Assembly (NCBI GenBank): GCA_964187785.1
Contig: OZ076409.1
Coordinates: 27,158,001 to 27,222,000 of the forward strand
Length of the DNA: 64,000 bases
Origin: Amphiscolops sp. MND2022
Lineage: Eukaryota
Direction: 5' to 3'
Part shown: positions 39,079 through 51,193 of the stretch, in pieces
Layout: each line of letters starts with the position of its first letter
Numbering within the stretch: position 1 is the stretch's first letter
Position numbers and translations under genes: made by a program
Notes under the pieces: generated by a model
What the model was told of the DNA's origin: nothing
Seen by the model: only the letters and a program-made list of their open reading frames with translations
Database searches by the model: none

Positions 39079-39527
39079 TTTAGTCGGCATTTTTTGTAAG
39101 AAACTTTTACAAAGACTAGTTTGAAGTTTCCGTAAGACCACAATGTATCCCAATGGTCGACGCCTCAACAGAATTTGTTCACGCCGGCAGTAGTTAGAAT
39201 GCGTGTTCTGGCAGCAGACGGATTGATAGGTAGCTAGGACTATACACCTTTTTTTGCAAACCTTGGCGTTTCTGAGAGACCTCCATTTGTGGCACTTTGC
39301 CAATTTTTCTTCGAATTTTTCAAACCATCGGGTCCACTTTCAGTTTATCCCCTGTTTCAAATTTCAAAAAGACATTTTCCAGCCAAAGAAGTTCCGATTT
39401 TCAGGTCTTCCGACTTTTTTGATGAAATTTCTAGAGTTTTGAATTTTGGTCAAATCTCAAAGTTCATAAAACTTTTAACAGCTCGAGATTTAAGTGAGGC
39501 ACCGACTTTAGACGTTCCCATCTTGTT
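39079..39527. mobile_element. HINE (DINE-1-like) copy, reverse orientation
   Basis: TTTAGTCGGCAT ... GCACCGACTTTAGACGTTCCCATCTTGTT. Confidence 0.65.
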
Positions 39528-39606
39528 AAAAGTAAACCCAAACCAAGAGATTTTCACCAATTATTCGAACATGGTAATGTTGAAGAAAAATCAGCTTAAA
39601 ATCTCC

Positions 39607-40311
39607 TAGTCAGCACTTTACTTTAGAAAAGTGTCGACTATGACCAACTGGCTTTTCGTCAGTTTTTCTTTCGATACACCTCAACTAGAGATGATAATTT
39701 TACAAGTTCTTCAATTTTGGCAAAGTTAGTAACTTCTCATTGCCAATTGGCCAATTGGTGGTATTCCTGTCCTTGTGGCGAGAAGCAGTATTTGGGTTCA
39801 GGTCTTGCACTAAACCATTTTTTTCATGTTTGCGAAAGTAGGAGAGAGACCAAAGATCCCCCACTTGAATGTTTCGTCACTATGCGACTTACCGATGTGA
39901 AAAAATTTGTGTTTTTTGCGGATTTCTGCGAAGGAAAATTGTTTCCTCATTCTTGAAGGTGATATTTTTGTTAATTTGTGATTCTGTGGAACAAATGAGT
40001 TTTTAATGATTGTGGAAAAAACCTTTTTTTGAGCTTTTTTCGGCTCTGAGTTTTTTCCCGAAACTTTCATAGTTCAAAGCACTTTTCTGGCACTTTGAGG
40101 TTTTTTTGAAAAAAGATTTCGAGAAACGTTAGTTTCCAAAAAATGTTCTTTAATGTGTTTCCACTTTGGAACAAAATGCTTTTCGATTCTTATGCGTATC
40201 CTTTGTTGTAGTTTTCGGAATTAGGAAATTAATAAAATTTTTTACAATAGTGTCCTGTGCATATTTAGGAAACTCCAGCAGGGCGCCGACTTGGGCCGGT
40301 CCCGGCTTGTT
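39607..40311. mobile_element. HINE (DINE-1-like) copy, reverse orientation
   Basis: TAGTCAGCAC ... GGCGCCGACTTGGGCCGGTCCCGGCTTGTT (reverse complement of the 47581 end). Confidence 0.7.
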
Positions 40312-41409
40312 GATCTAGATATTCTTTCTATTACGTTTTCAAAACTCGTTTATCTTGAAAAGCAGAACCATCGAAGTCGATTTCTTATCTTGGCTGTATG
40401 TAAAACTGTATGTAAAGTTGCGGCCCACCGCAAAATTTTGAGTCATGATCACAAGAAGGAATGGTAATCTAATGAGCATCACAAAGAGCAAGATTGGTGA
40501 CTTCGAGTTTACATCTGATGTAAAAAACAGAAAAATTATATAAAAGCCTTTTGTGAATAAAAGTATAGCACTCGGAATTTGGAAACAGGATAAAACAGAT
40601 GACGTTTAAACGAAACCCCACTTTTAAAAAATGACACAAAACGACATGTTTCTTTGCACATCACGTGCACGAATACTACTTATAGAATACTAAAAGCAAT
40701 ATTGAAAGAAAATCACCGTTGAATCTTTTGATTTAAAGGATCTTTGAAATTCGACTAAAATTTTCCATCTCTGATCAGATAGATATATTCCGAAACATTA
40801 ATCAGGCTCAAAAAAGTTGCTAGTAATGAACAACGACTACTGTTTTCGAGCGATTGCTACTTTTAGGTTTTTCATTTTTTTTATTTTTCCCCAGTCGGGT
40901 CGGCCCTTTTCTCCTATATTCATCCCCTTCCAGAAATACAATGTTTTGTAGCTTTTAGAATCTGTTGTTTTGTTACGCATCCCCAGAATTTACTTAGACA
41001 AACATCTGAGCAGAAATTCAATCACTTTTTTGCGATAAACTTTGATCACTGCTTTGTTGAATTAAATACGAGCGAATAATAATGAATAATGATCAAAAAA
41101 TAATACTTGGTTGATTTTCCCAAACTTCATTTCAATTGCTAAAACGGTTCCGAATTGTTTTTACAGTTTCACGAAAATGTCACTTGACAAAAAAGTAAAT
41201 CAAGTCGGCGCTTTTTGAAATGAAACGCAACTATTTCAGTCTTTTGGTAATTTTTTTGTTTTCTTTAATCTGGTCAAAAAATCCTCCATTTTTGTACGTT
41301 AGCTTTTTTGAACCACAAAGCAATAATGCTATACTGACGCTTTCAAAACGTTGATTGTTGAAGTTCAGTTTCTAATTTACGATAATCAGTTCAAGTAAAA
41401 ACCTGTTTT

Positions 41410-42909
41410 TCACGACATATTGTTTGTTAAAACATCTCGAATTACATCAAGTGCGAAATCGGCATCTGCTGCTGTTATACACATAGGGGGCTTTACTCTT
41501 AAAACATTCCCATAAGGACCGCCTCTGCCCAAAAGCAAACCCTTCTCTTTGGCTTCTTCTAGAATTTTCAAAACTGTTTCCACCTGCAGCGGTTTTTTAC
41601 TGACTTTGTCTTGCACGAGTTCGATTCCGATCATGAACCCTTTTCCTCGTACGTCTCCTAGGATTTCTAACTCTTCTCTCAGCACGCAAAGACCTTCCAG
41701 TATCTTTGTTCCAATGACGTGACAGTTCTGCTGTAAATTTTCATCTTCCATTATGTTCAAAACCTCCTCACCCACAGCAGATGCCAAAGGGTTGCCTCCG
41801 AAAGTGTTGAAGTAGGCGCCTGTTAAATGAGAAGCAACTTCAGGAGTTGTGACAACAGCAGCCAATGGGAACCCGTTTCCGATTCCTTTTGCCATAACCA
41901 CAATATCGGGGACCACGTCATGAGACTCAAATGCCCAAAAGTGGGTCCCAAGTCTACCGAACCCAGTTTGGACTTCATCCGAAATGCAAACACCTCCACA
42001 TTCGCGGGTCAATCGGTATGCCTCTTTCACAAAGCCCTTGGGAAACTGAACGGTGCCTCCGACGCCTTGAATTCCTTCGTTTATGAACCCTGCTAGGTGT
42101 TTGGAGGTTGTGAAACTGATAGTATCTGAAACTTCTTGCGCATATTTTTCACTAGCCAGACATTGCCCAGATTGGCAGTTACAATCTCTGCCTATGACTT
42201 GGGCTACGCTGTCACGGCATTTTGACCCTCCGTAAGGACCCCGGTATGGGTCAACCAATGTACCTACGTGAAGTACTTGCTGTCGTTTTGGGACATTGAA
42301 GTGCCAATTAGGGACGTTGGTCAAACTCATGGTGCCAATGCCTACTCCGTGGTATGCATTCCTCAGAGTTAGAATCTCAGAGTTACCAGTTGAGATTCTT
42401 GCAAGTAACATCGCCAGGTCATTAGCTTCCGATCCAGAGTTAACAAAATGGGCCACACTCAAAGACTTTGGAAATTTGGATGTGAGTTTTTTGGCGTATG
42501 AAGATATTTGTGGATGGGTGTATATAGCCGCAGTGTGCCATAAAGTTTGTGCCTGATCTTTGAGAACTTTGACTAGTCTTGGATGACAATGACCAACTGA
42601 TACAGTTACAATCCCACCATAAAAATCCAGGTACCGCTTGCCAGCGTGATCAAAAATCCACTGCATGCTTGCTGAGGATACCATGAGAGGGTCTTTGTAG
42701 TAGGGTTTCATAGCTCGGTTAAGATGCTCATTTTTTAACTTCAAAAGTTCCTCATAACTCAATTTAGATTGGTTGAAAGATTTGGGAGCAGGGCCTGGAG
42801 GGAATTGAGCATGAATTGTGGCTGATAGAGAAAAAGTGGATCTGGGGATGAGAGAAGTTAGGGAATGCTGGCTACACATGAAAGCCGAGGAAGCACTAAG
42901 TCGTAACAT
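41410..42909 (-). CDS. AGXT2: Alanine-glyoxylate aminotransferase 2-like, paralogue B, probably mitochondrial
   Basis: 499 aa from the first ATG (MLRLSASS); the track ORF starts at a non-ATG codon upstream of a splice acceptor at 42958. Same class III motifs (MAKGIGNG). Likely 5'UTR intron 43632-42958. Confidence 0.92.
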   Translation of the reverse strand: MLRLSASSAFMCSQHSLTSLIPRSTFSLSATIHAQFPPGPAPKSFNQSKLSYEELLKLKNEHLNRAMKPYYKDPLMVSSASMQWIFDHAGKRYLDFYGGIVTVSVGHCHPRLVKVLKDQAQTLWHTAAIYTHPQISSYAKKLTSKFPKSLSVAHFVNSGSEANDLAMLLARISTGNSEILTLRNAYHGVGIGTMSLTNVPNWHFNVPKRQQVLHVGTLVDPYRGPYGGSKCRDSVAQVIGRDCNCQSGQCLASEKYAQEVSDTISFTTSKHLAGFINEGIQGVGGTVQFPKGFVKEAYRLTRECGGVCISDEVQTGFGRLGTHFWAFESHDVVPDIVVMAKGIGNGFPLAAVVTTPEVASHLTGAYFNTFGGNPLASAVGEEVLNIMEDENLQQNCHVIGTKILEGLCVLREELEILGDVRGKGFMIGIELVQDKVSKKPLQVETVLKILEEAKEKGLLLGRGGPYGNVLRVKPPMCITAADADFALDVIRDVLTNNMS

Positions 42910-43199
42910 GATTATTGTCAAGCTGCAATTTGTGGGTACGATGGATGCTCCACTGACCTGAGAGAAGGAATGAATCAAAACATACTTTGGTTTTTACACT
43001 TTCTTAAAGTTTTGGAATGGTCAGAAATGTGCCCGACAAATGTTCAGACAACAGAATGTATGCGTTCCACTGTTTGAACAGAGTTTGTTTACGCTCCCAG
43101 TAGTTAGGATGCGCGCATCCTTAGAAGACAGCCGTTGGTTTTATGCCTGCCGAAGTCTAGATATTTTTGTTAACAAACCTTGACGTTTGCTACATTTTG

Positions 43200-43358
43200 G
43201 ATTTTGGGCACTTTGCGACTTTTTTCGGAAACTTTTTCCATCAATTTGGTTATTTATAATACTCTGAAAATTTCTTAAGAGCCACCCTGAGCATTTCTAC
43301 GAGACTTTACACTTTTTGAGCTTTAAGCGGACGCCGACTTTAGACGGAATGTCTTGTT
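43200..43358. mobile_element. Truncated HINE end
   Basis: ACGCCGACTTTAGACGGAATGTCTTGTT terminus. Confidence 0.45.
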
Positions 43359-46300
43359 TTGTTGTTTTCTAGTTTCACAAATCACTGTTTAGAAAATATT
43401 TATTCGAAAAGCTGCCTAAATTGATGAACATAGTTCATACATTTTCTGACTTTTCTGTTGAATTGATAGAAATATTCAGCTCAAGATGATTCAATTGGTC
43501 CAGTTGTACTGTAATTTCAACTAGTATCCATTAAAAAGCTTTAGTTTTTTTTCGAAAAATGCGGTTTTTTTGTTGGTTGTATTGTATAAGTCGAAATGAT
43601 AAGGAGTCAAATTAGCAACAATAATTACTTACCGATTGGTACTTAATGATTGGTTCAAAGAGCTAATAAAATTTGCTAGCAGCAGTCTTATTCAGCTATC
43701 CTGATATACACAGTGTACTTGATGTACAAGCTTAGCACGAATACTCAAACAGAGGTGACAGAATCAACCCAAAACTACAAAACTAGTTCTCAGATCAGTT
43801 TGCCCATTGCACACATTGCTCATAGAACATGCACTGGTAATGAGCAAACAAATGATCAACCGGAGTTCCAAGTAGATGCACATAGAAGTATACTCATTTA
43901 TACACTTTATAGCACAACATAATTCTGCATGTTTGGACCATTGGATGTGACTTAATTGGAAATATTTGGATGGAGACTTAAAATATTGAATTTAATCTGG
44001 AGATATGCATATTAGGGTATATGAAGGTGGAATTATGTTCATCTCGGTGAGGTGAAAACGAATCTCAACCATGTTTCTAGTGCCTTTAAGTTGACAATTT
44101 ATAACATTATTATGATAATTTAGTCAAAGAAGTAGAATAGAACAATAGCTGATATCAAATTCCTGAGACTTCAAATTCTAAATAGTCAAAACACCCCGAG
44201 GTAGGCTGATTAACTAGCCGGCTCGAAACGGTGTGCACTATTCTGGAGGTACTATTTAATATATCTCCATAGACAATTCATTATACTGTTTTGTGTCATC
44301 GAATGAAATGAATGGCTTTAGTTTAATGAAAAACTTTAAACCTAATTTTGCTAATCGCATCAAGTATTCATAAAAAAGGCCAAAATCAATCCATCATTTT
44401 CGTATCAAGAACTTGCTGATAAAAAATTATAGTTATAGGTTCTAAAAGTGTTCCTAACAGCTATTTTTAATTTTAAAAACGAACTAATTCAAACTATATT
44501 GATGCTTGAGTCTTTTGAACCAAAAATTGCGAGCAATGAAGAACTAACGTGTAATGGGCTCTCGATTAAGAAATCGATTTTGGGGAAGAAAAATTACTAA
44601 TGACTTTTCACAAGTTTGCCATTTTTCAATATACACGCAAATCATGAAGTTTTTTCCATTTAATTCAACAACAATGAAGTTAGTTTCATAGGACAAATAG
44701 TTTTGAAGCAATTTGTCTGTTTTTGAGAAGTTGCCTAAGATAAAAGAGCCCAAAGGGCCCAAAAGTGACACTATATAGCCAGAAGATGCCATTTTACGAC
44801 GAAACAAGAAGCCATCCAGCACGCTTTTTAGAACAGAAAGTTGAAGCTTTAAAACTGGTCTAAAAATATTTTCAAAGTTCTGACCGTGTTAAGCTTTTTT
44901 ATATCATGCTCAAAAGATTCAAGAGTATTCATATCCAAGAGTTCTGAGATACGTCATCCCGATTAAAGAAAAAATAATATCAGTTCAAAAAAGCTCCAAA
45001 ATGCACTGAAAAGAGGAACATGCTAAATCAATCCAATGCTGAACGTTTCAGGCAGTTTAATACTACAATTTTTGGATGTATCAGCGAGTAACAAGATCTC
45101 GATCGAGAGATTAGCGTATGTGAAATTGCAACTTTTTGAAACATGACTATGAGTAAAGCAAAAAAGATATTTCAATCGAATATGTACCATGATGTTCCAT
45201 TCAAACGAAGCATTGAAACAATACAGCTATATTCAATTAGGATAGAAAGGAGCCTAATGGCTCGTCTTGTTCTCACCTTTGAGAATCAACTTTGAAACAC
45301 AACTTTTAACTCTCAAGTCTTATAATGTAAAGATCCAATTGAGGTAGAAAAAGAGAATCAACAGTTAATTGTTGTCAAAGATGTACAGTGTTTGGAGTTT
45401 CTATATCTAGGGTAGAAAGTTGAGATGAGTTAATCAATGGTGATTTTTACAGCATGCATTTGTAAGCATTTTCGTTTCGTTAGAGTTCTTCCTCTAATTA
45501 GACCTTAATTTAGACCTTGCCACAAGTTTTTAACTGCAGCCGAGTTCATTTCAGGCTATAATGTTGTTGGAGATTGTGATTGGAGGTGTCTGAAGAGGTG
45601 ATTTTTTCCCTTTACTTTGATATCTTCCTGTTTTCCGGAGCATATGTCAAGATCCAGATTTCACATTGGTCTGTTTTGACATGTAACTTGTTCGCCGTGT
45701 ACCATTCAGTCAAAAGATGTATATCCCTAATGATGTTACATACGTTTTTTGCTCTTTTGTAGGCTCGTATCATCAGAGAGAAGCCTAATTGCAGCTTGAA
45801 TGACAAAATTAGTTAAATCAAGAATTTAGGAAAAATATCAATTGTGCCACAATCGATACTTGTTGTACACCGGTTTTTATTTTACGGCACTTAGTAGCTT
45901 TTCCAACAACAAAAATGTTTTGAACTCGATTTCGTAAACAGCTTTTCAGGCGGTTGTTTTCATCCCCGTTGAATTAGTATTAATACAATTTTTCAGCAGA
46001 TTATCGTAGTCATGTGTATCAGAACGCCTTTTGGAAATGAATGGAATACGCCTGTACAGTAGATTTTTTGTATACTTCATCTCTCATGAATTCTGTCACT
46101 GTCCTTGTCGCAATAGGTCATGACTTTTTTCATCAAAAACTAAACTGCGCTCATCTCAAAATGTTATGTCGTTAACAGAAATTGATCATACGCTCGAACA
46201 AAAATATTTTCAATTTTTAAGTGGGACAACTGATTAACATAATCGGTCGGTAATTTTCTTAAATTTTCTCTCACCTTTTCAATTGAATAAAGGAGCTATT

Positions 46301-47580
46301 TCTGTTTTTTTAAAGAAGTCGGGAACGCTGACTCATCTATTGTTTTTTAAAAGTTTTCGCCATGTAAAGGTTAAATACATGAGAACAGCATTTGAGAATT
46401 GCATTGCTGTTACCAACAGGTCCACAAACTTTTTAAAATTTTTATATCACTTTCATGACTTCTTAATGTTTCGTGTTAGAGATCACCATTGGATTTTGTT
46501 TTGTCGTGATTTTGTTGAAGGACTTCGTTTGTAGTAACAAAAAACCAAGATCTGTGTAGTCACTAGCATTTGGGTTATTTTTGTGATTGACTTCAAACGT
46601 CTCTAAATTGTTCTGAACTTAAACTGTTACCAAAGTTATCGAGAATGTGATGACGTTGCATACCTTTTTTGGTGTATTGTCACGGTTGTTCATTGCATTT
46701 TCAACTTGATTTGAGATCTAGTTTGAAGAGATTTCTTCTATATGTGATATCATGCAGATATCTTGACCTTCAAAACTATGAACCTAGACAGAGAGCATAC
46801 TATTGTTGTTAAACATAAAACTCTAATTACTGTCAATTTGAGTTTACTACATTTTGTGTTGTACAATAGAGTATTGACCATTGTACTTGAGATTGATACT
46901 ATAGATTAGTTGCTAAAGGAGATACGAATTTATCGTCTTAGATAAAGAACCTTTTTACCGTAATAGACCGAGATTACAACATGGCGCAGTAGCAAGATTT
47001 ACTTTTATCCGTAAATCCAATTTTAACCGACCACATTTTTTTATCACCAGCAAAGCGATTCACACATTCCACGATGGTTTCAGTAATGAAGAAAAACTGA
47101 CTTACAGCATTACAATCAATTAACATTTTATTAATTTTTTGATCTGGAATAAAAAAATAGGAGTTGTCGCGATTTATTTTCACTAACGTCTTCTTTGAAA
47201 TTTTCTTGAATTTCTCTGATTTTTCATCTGGTGTTTTTAAATTGACAGAAAAAATAATAACTAATTCTTGTTTTTATTGTTTTATTGAAAGTCTTTGTTC
47301 GAGACGAAATAATCAATACAAGTTTTAGATTTAAAACTCACTCTTTTAGGTTGAGATTTGCGAAACTGAAAAACAAATGCAGCCAAAAAAAGTATCATTT
47401 TAAAAGTTATCTATGCTGTCTTGTATGTATGTATGCTACATAGTATGGTGTCTATGTATGCCTCAAATACGATGATTGTAGTTTTTGTACAATTTTGGAT
47501 GTTTGTTTCAGCAAAAAAGTCAATTAGCTACTCAGCATACGCTCAAAAAAAATTCCAATGTTTTTTCCTCAGAAAAGGTA

Positions 47581-48133
47581 AACAAGCCGGGACCGGCCCA
47601 AGTCGGCGCCATATCCAAGGCTCAAAAATAGCAAAAAGACTTCCAAGTGTCAAGTACTCTTTTACAGTACTCGAAAATCAAAATTTTTTGAAAAAAAAAT
47701 TTTTGAAAAAATTACATACTCAAAAAAATGTACCGAATGGCGCGCCGGGGCTCGCTAGGGCGAGCCCCTGGCGCGCTAAAGTCTCACAATGCCGAAAAAC
47801 TGAAAGGGGGGACCCTTTGAGGTTTTTCAACATCCATTCTGTCGCAAAACATCAAAAAATTGCAGGGGGGACCCTTTGGGGAAAATTTTTTTCGAAAAAA
47901 AAGTCTCGCAGTGCCGAAAAAAATGAAAGGGGGGAGTCTTTGGTCTCGCCCGGTATTGAAGTTACGCGGAAAAACAGGAAAAACCTTTTTGGTTCAGTTC
48001 GCTAGACCAAATAGTGCATTTTGATGCAATAATATTTTGTAGAACTTTTGTAGAACTATTTTGGTCAGTTCGTGTGGATAGAAAAAAAAGAGTCACTATA
48101 ATAGTCGCGTTTCACTTCATGAAGCGCCGACTA
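47581..48133. mobile_element. HINE (DINE-1/Helentron-like) copy
   Basis: AACAAGCCGGGACCGGCCCAAGTCGGCGCC ... GAAGCGCCGACTA: terminal short palindrome plus subterminal inverted repeat AGTCGGCGC, with internal repeats and A-rich flanks. Confidence 0.8.
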
Positions 48134-48233
48134 AAAAGGGCTGGAAGTGTTACGTCTTTAATCTTTAACAGCTTTTTGTTCAGCGCATTCATATGAAAAT
48201 GTGCCCGACTATTTTAAACTTGTGACTAGTTTA

Positions 48234-48521
48234 ATCAAGCCGGGACTGGCCCATGTCGGCGCCATATCTAAGGGTCAAAAATAGCAAAAGGACTTCAAAG
48301 TGTTAAAATAATCTCTTATACAGTACTTGAAAAACCCAAAAGTTGACCGAATTAGCGCGCCAGGACCCGCTAGATTTGGGCCAACAGGTACAATTTGACG
48401 TCTTCTTAAATTTTTGTACAACTTTTGGAAGAACTATTTTGGTCACTTTAGGTGTATCAAAAAAACACTGACGAAAAGTCATGACTATTGTCCACTGTTT
48501 TCTTAAGAAAAGCGCTGACTA
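48234..48521. mobile_element. HINE copy (short)
   Basis: CAAGCCGGGACTGGCCCATGTCGGCGCC ... AAGCGCTGACTA. Confidence 0.75.
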
Positions 48522-48770
48522 AAAAACTTTCGTAACAACGTTGAATGTATGCGCATGATTCATCTTTCAGTAGCGTTCTTGTACTCGCCGGAAGTTTGCT
48601 CAGGCAGCTAGTAAGTTATAATTGGCGCTTCCCTTCCAGATTTTCTGATATTTAAGCTTCCAAAAATGTTTTTCAAGCCGAAAAATCTGTCTTTGGGTTT
48701 TTCGGCACTGTACGAATTTTTCCAAATTTGGACGGTTTTTGATTTTTCCATTGAAAGAAAGCGTTCGCGA

Positions 48771-49090
48771 GGCCTTAGGTCGTAGTGGTTAGAGCATTCG
48801 ACCTGTACTGGGGCGGTATCAGGTTCGAATCTCTCTCAACTCACCATTATTGGTCCTTAAGCAAGTCCTTCATCCCTAGCTTAGTGGTATGGTCAATGAC
48901 AAAAAATAACGCATTGGGCGGAGAAAAGCAAAACAAAAAGAGCAACGGTGAGCAGTCAGACCTTTGTGGCCTTGAGCAAGTTACTTTGAAACCACAGCTT
49001 CAAGACCACCATTGCTTGACCACTTGGCTGCAAATATGGTACCATAGCTTGCTATGGGGAGATAGTATCCGAAAGGGCGCCGACTTAGAG
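48771..49090 (+). mobile_element. tRNA-derived SINE-like repeat
   Basis: A-box TAGTGGTTAGA (48783) and B-box GGTTCGAATC (48822), followed by CCTTAAGCAAG/CCTTGAGCAAG core-like motifs. The body recurs inverted at 63118-63245. Confidence 0.6.
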
Positions 49091-49927
49091 AAGCAGAACT
49101 TCCACCCCACGGTAATGGGGAAATTAACTTCTCTCTTCTCTAAGAATGGTTAGTCACAAAAATAGTTCGTGTGGGAAAATATATCTTGGTGACAAATCTA
49201 CAGAAAATCTAATGACAAATTTCATGTACTTTGTAATTTATAGTTATGGTATTAGAAAAGAATAGAAAGAGTTTCAACAAGGTGGGAAGTCATTGCGTAC
49301 CCTCGGAACTTCGTTCTAAATTATCAGATAGGGAACAAATTCTCAATTTGTGTTTACGTTGGGAAGAACAAATATGTCGAAGAAAATCAAGCCGAGAGCT
49401 TAAACTTTGTCTTTTTTAACTTTTGCCGTGGAATTTAGAAAGTGCTCTGAGTCATAGCCCAGTCTTTGACAAACTGAAATGCCCAAGTCTTGCAATTTTT
49501 GATTTTTGGAAATGGCGCCTATTGCATTTTACTCAAGTTGGGTAAGTAACAAAGACAGTAACCCTATTGAACGGAAAAGAGGAATTCATTTGCAGGAAAT
49601 GTGACAACTTTATGACAAACTTCCTTTTTTATACTCACAAAATGGCCTTAAAATAAAGCCAGCTGTCCAATTAAAAAAGGAAATGCTCTGTGGATAACTC
49701 ACTTGTGTCATACATTGAACGAAAAGTTATTGCATTATTGATTTCCAGTCCATAATAGGTCTCAAAATTTACCGAAATTGAAATAATCAGAAACCACTGA
49801 CGCTGCTTTAAAAAAAGGACTCGCAATGAAAATGCACATCTTTTCTTTTTCCCCAGAAGCAAAACAATTATGTCAAGCAGTTGTAGAACTAGCAAGAATA
49901 GTAATTGATTACATGAATTCATGTGAA

Positions 49928-50167
49928 CCCAGCGATCGAAGACATGGTACGCTTGCCAAGAACCATGGTAGATCGCTAGCTAGCCTTGCCAAGATCTTAC
50001 CATGATCTTACCAAGATCTTGCCAAGGATACCACGATTATGCAAGATCGTGCCAAGCATACCACCTATCATGATTAGCCATGATCTTGACAAGGGTACCA
50101 TGGTTAACTATGATTTAGCAAGATTAACCATGATCTTGGCAAGCGTAGCGTGTCTTCGATCGCTGGG
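49928..50167. mobile_element. MITE with CCC-starting TIRs (CMC/EnSpm-like)
   Basis: TIR CCCAGCGATCGAAGACA / TGTCTTCGATCGCTGGG, AA on both flanks, internal CTTGCCAAGAT subterminal repeats. Confidence 0.8.
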
Positions 50168-50256
50168 AAATCATTAGAATAAAGGAAAATGATGTAGAGT
50201 GCTTCAGGAATTAAATAATTTTAGTATATATTTTAGTAAATTAAATAATTTTAGTA

Positions 50257-50407
50257 CTGTTCTCGTACTCGTTTGGTGGCTCTTCCTTTTCCCGCCACAC
50301 ATAGAAAACTGAATTTTTGACTAATAAAATAATAATTTATTAGATAAAAATTCAGTTTTCTATGTGTGGCGGAAAAAGGAAGAGCCACCAAACGAGTACG
50401 AGAACAG
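50257..50407. mobile_element. Hairpin MITE with TA TSD (Tc1/mariner-like)
   Basis: TA-CTGTTCTCGTACTCGTTTGGTGGCTC...GAGCCACCAAACGAGTACGAGAACAG-TA; almost entirely palindromic. Confidence 0.8.
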
Positions 50408-50453
50408 TATCTTGAAAATATGTCGATTTCTGTTTGTGTTCTATTGTGAAGAA

Positions 50454-51193
50454 AAGAAGCCGGGAACGGCATAAGTCGGCGCCATATCTAAGGCTCAAAA
50501 ATAGCAAAAGGACATGAAAGTGTCAAAAAAACTCAAAGTATCAAACTCATATAAAGAGTATCAAACTCGCAAAAAACCCAAACGACCGAACTGGCGCGAC
50601 AGGTGCCCGCTAGCGCGGGCCCATGGCGCGCTAAAAGGGGGGGCCATTTCGCATTTTTTAAAACATCCATTGTGGCAAAACATCAAAAAATTGAAAGGGG
50701 ACCCTTTGATGAAAAAAAAATTTGAAAAAAGTCCCACAATTCCAAAAAAAATGAAAGGGGACCGTATATTGTGGAAAAACATATATTGTGGAAAAACATC
50801 AAAAAATAGAAGGGGGACCCTTTGATGAAAAAACATTTTTCGAAAAAAGTCTCACAATGCCGAAAAAACTGAAAGGGATCACCCTTTGGGATTTTTCAAC
50901 ATCCATTCTGCCGCAAATCATCAAGAATTGAAGCGGGGACCCTTTGGGGGAATTTTTTCGAAAAAAGTCTCACACTGCCGAAAAAAACTAAAAGGAGGAC
51001 CCTTTAGTCTCGCCCGGTATTGTATGCTACGCGGGAAAACAGGAAAGCCTTTTTGGTTCAGCTCGCTAGCAAATGATTAAATTTGGGACCATAAAATTTT
51101 GTAGAACTTTTAAGAACTATTTTGGTCAGTTCGTGTGGATTGAAAAAAAAAGTCATCATAACAGTCGCGTTTCACTTCATGAAGCGCCGACTA
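50454..51193. mobile_element. HINE copy
   Basis: AAGCCGGGAACGGCATAAGTCGGCGCC ... GAAGCGCCGACTA; body similar to the 47581 copy. Confidence 0.8.

Noticed and set aside
42910..42978. 23-aa N-terminal extension of AGXT2 paralogue B in the ORF track
   Set aside because: Starts at a non-ATG codon and crosses a splice acceptor; the first ATG at 42909 gives a typical presequence matching paralogue A.
47421..48005. 194-aa ORF (also 50514-50825 and 31529-31927)
   Set aside because: Lies over HINE repeats; Lys/Phe-rich product of A/T runs.
48771..48845. Functional tRNA gene (also 36091 and 31560)
   Set aside because: A/B boxes are present but there is no convincing acceptor stem or cloverleaf, and the sequence continues into repeat body.
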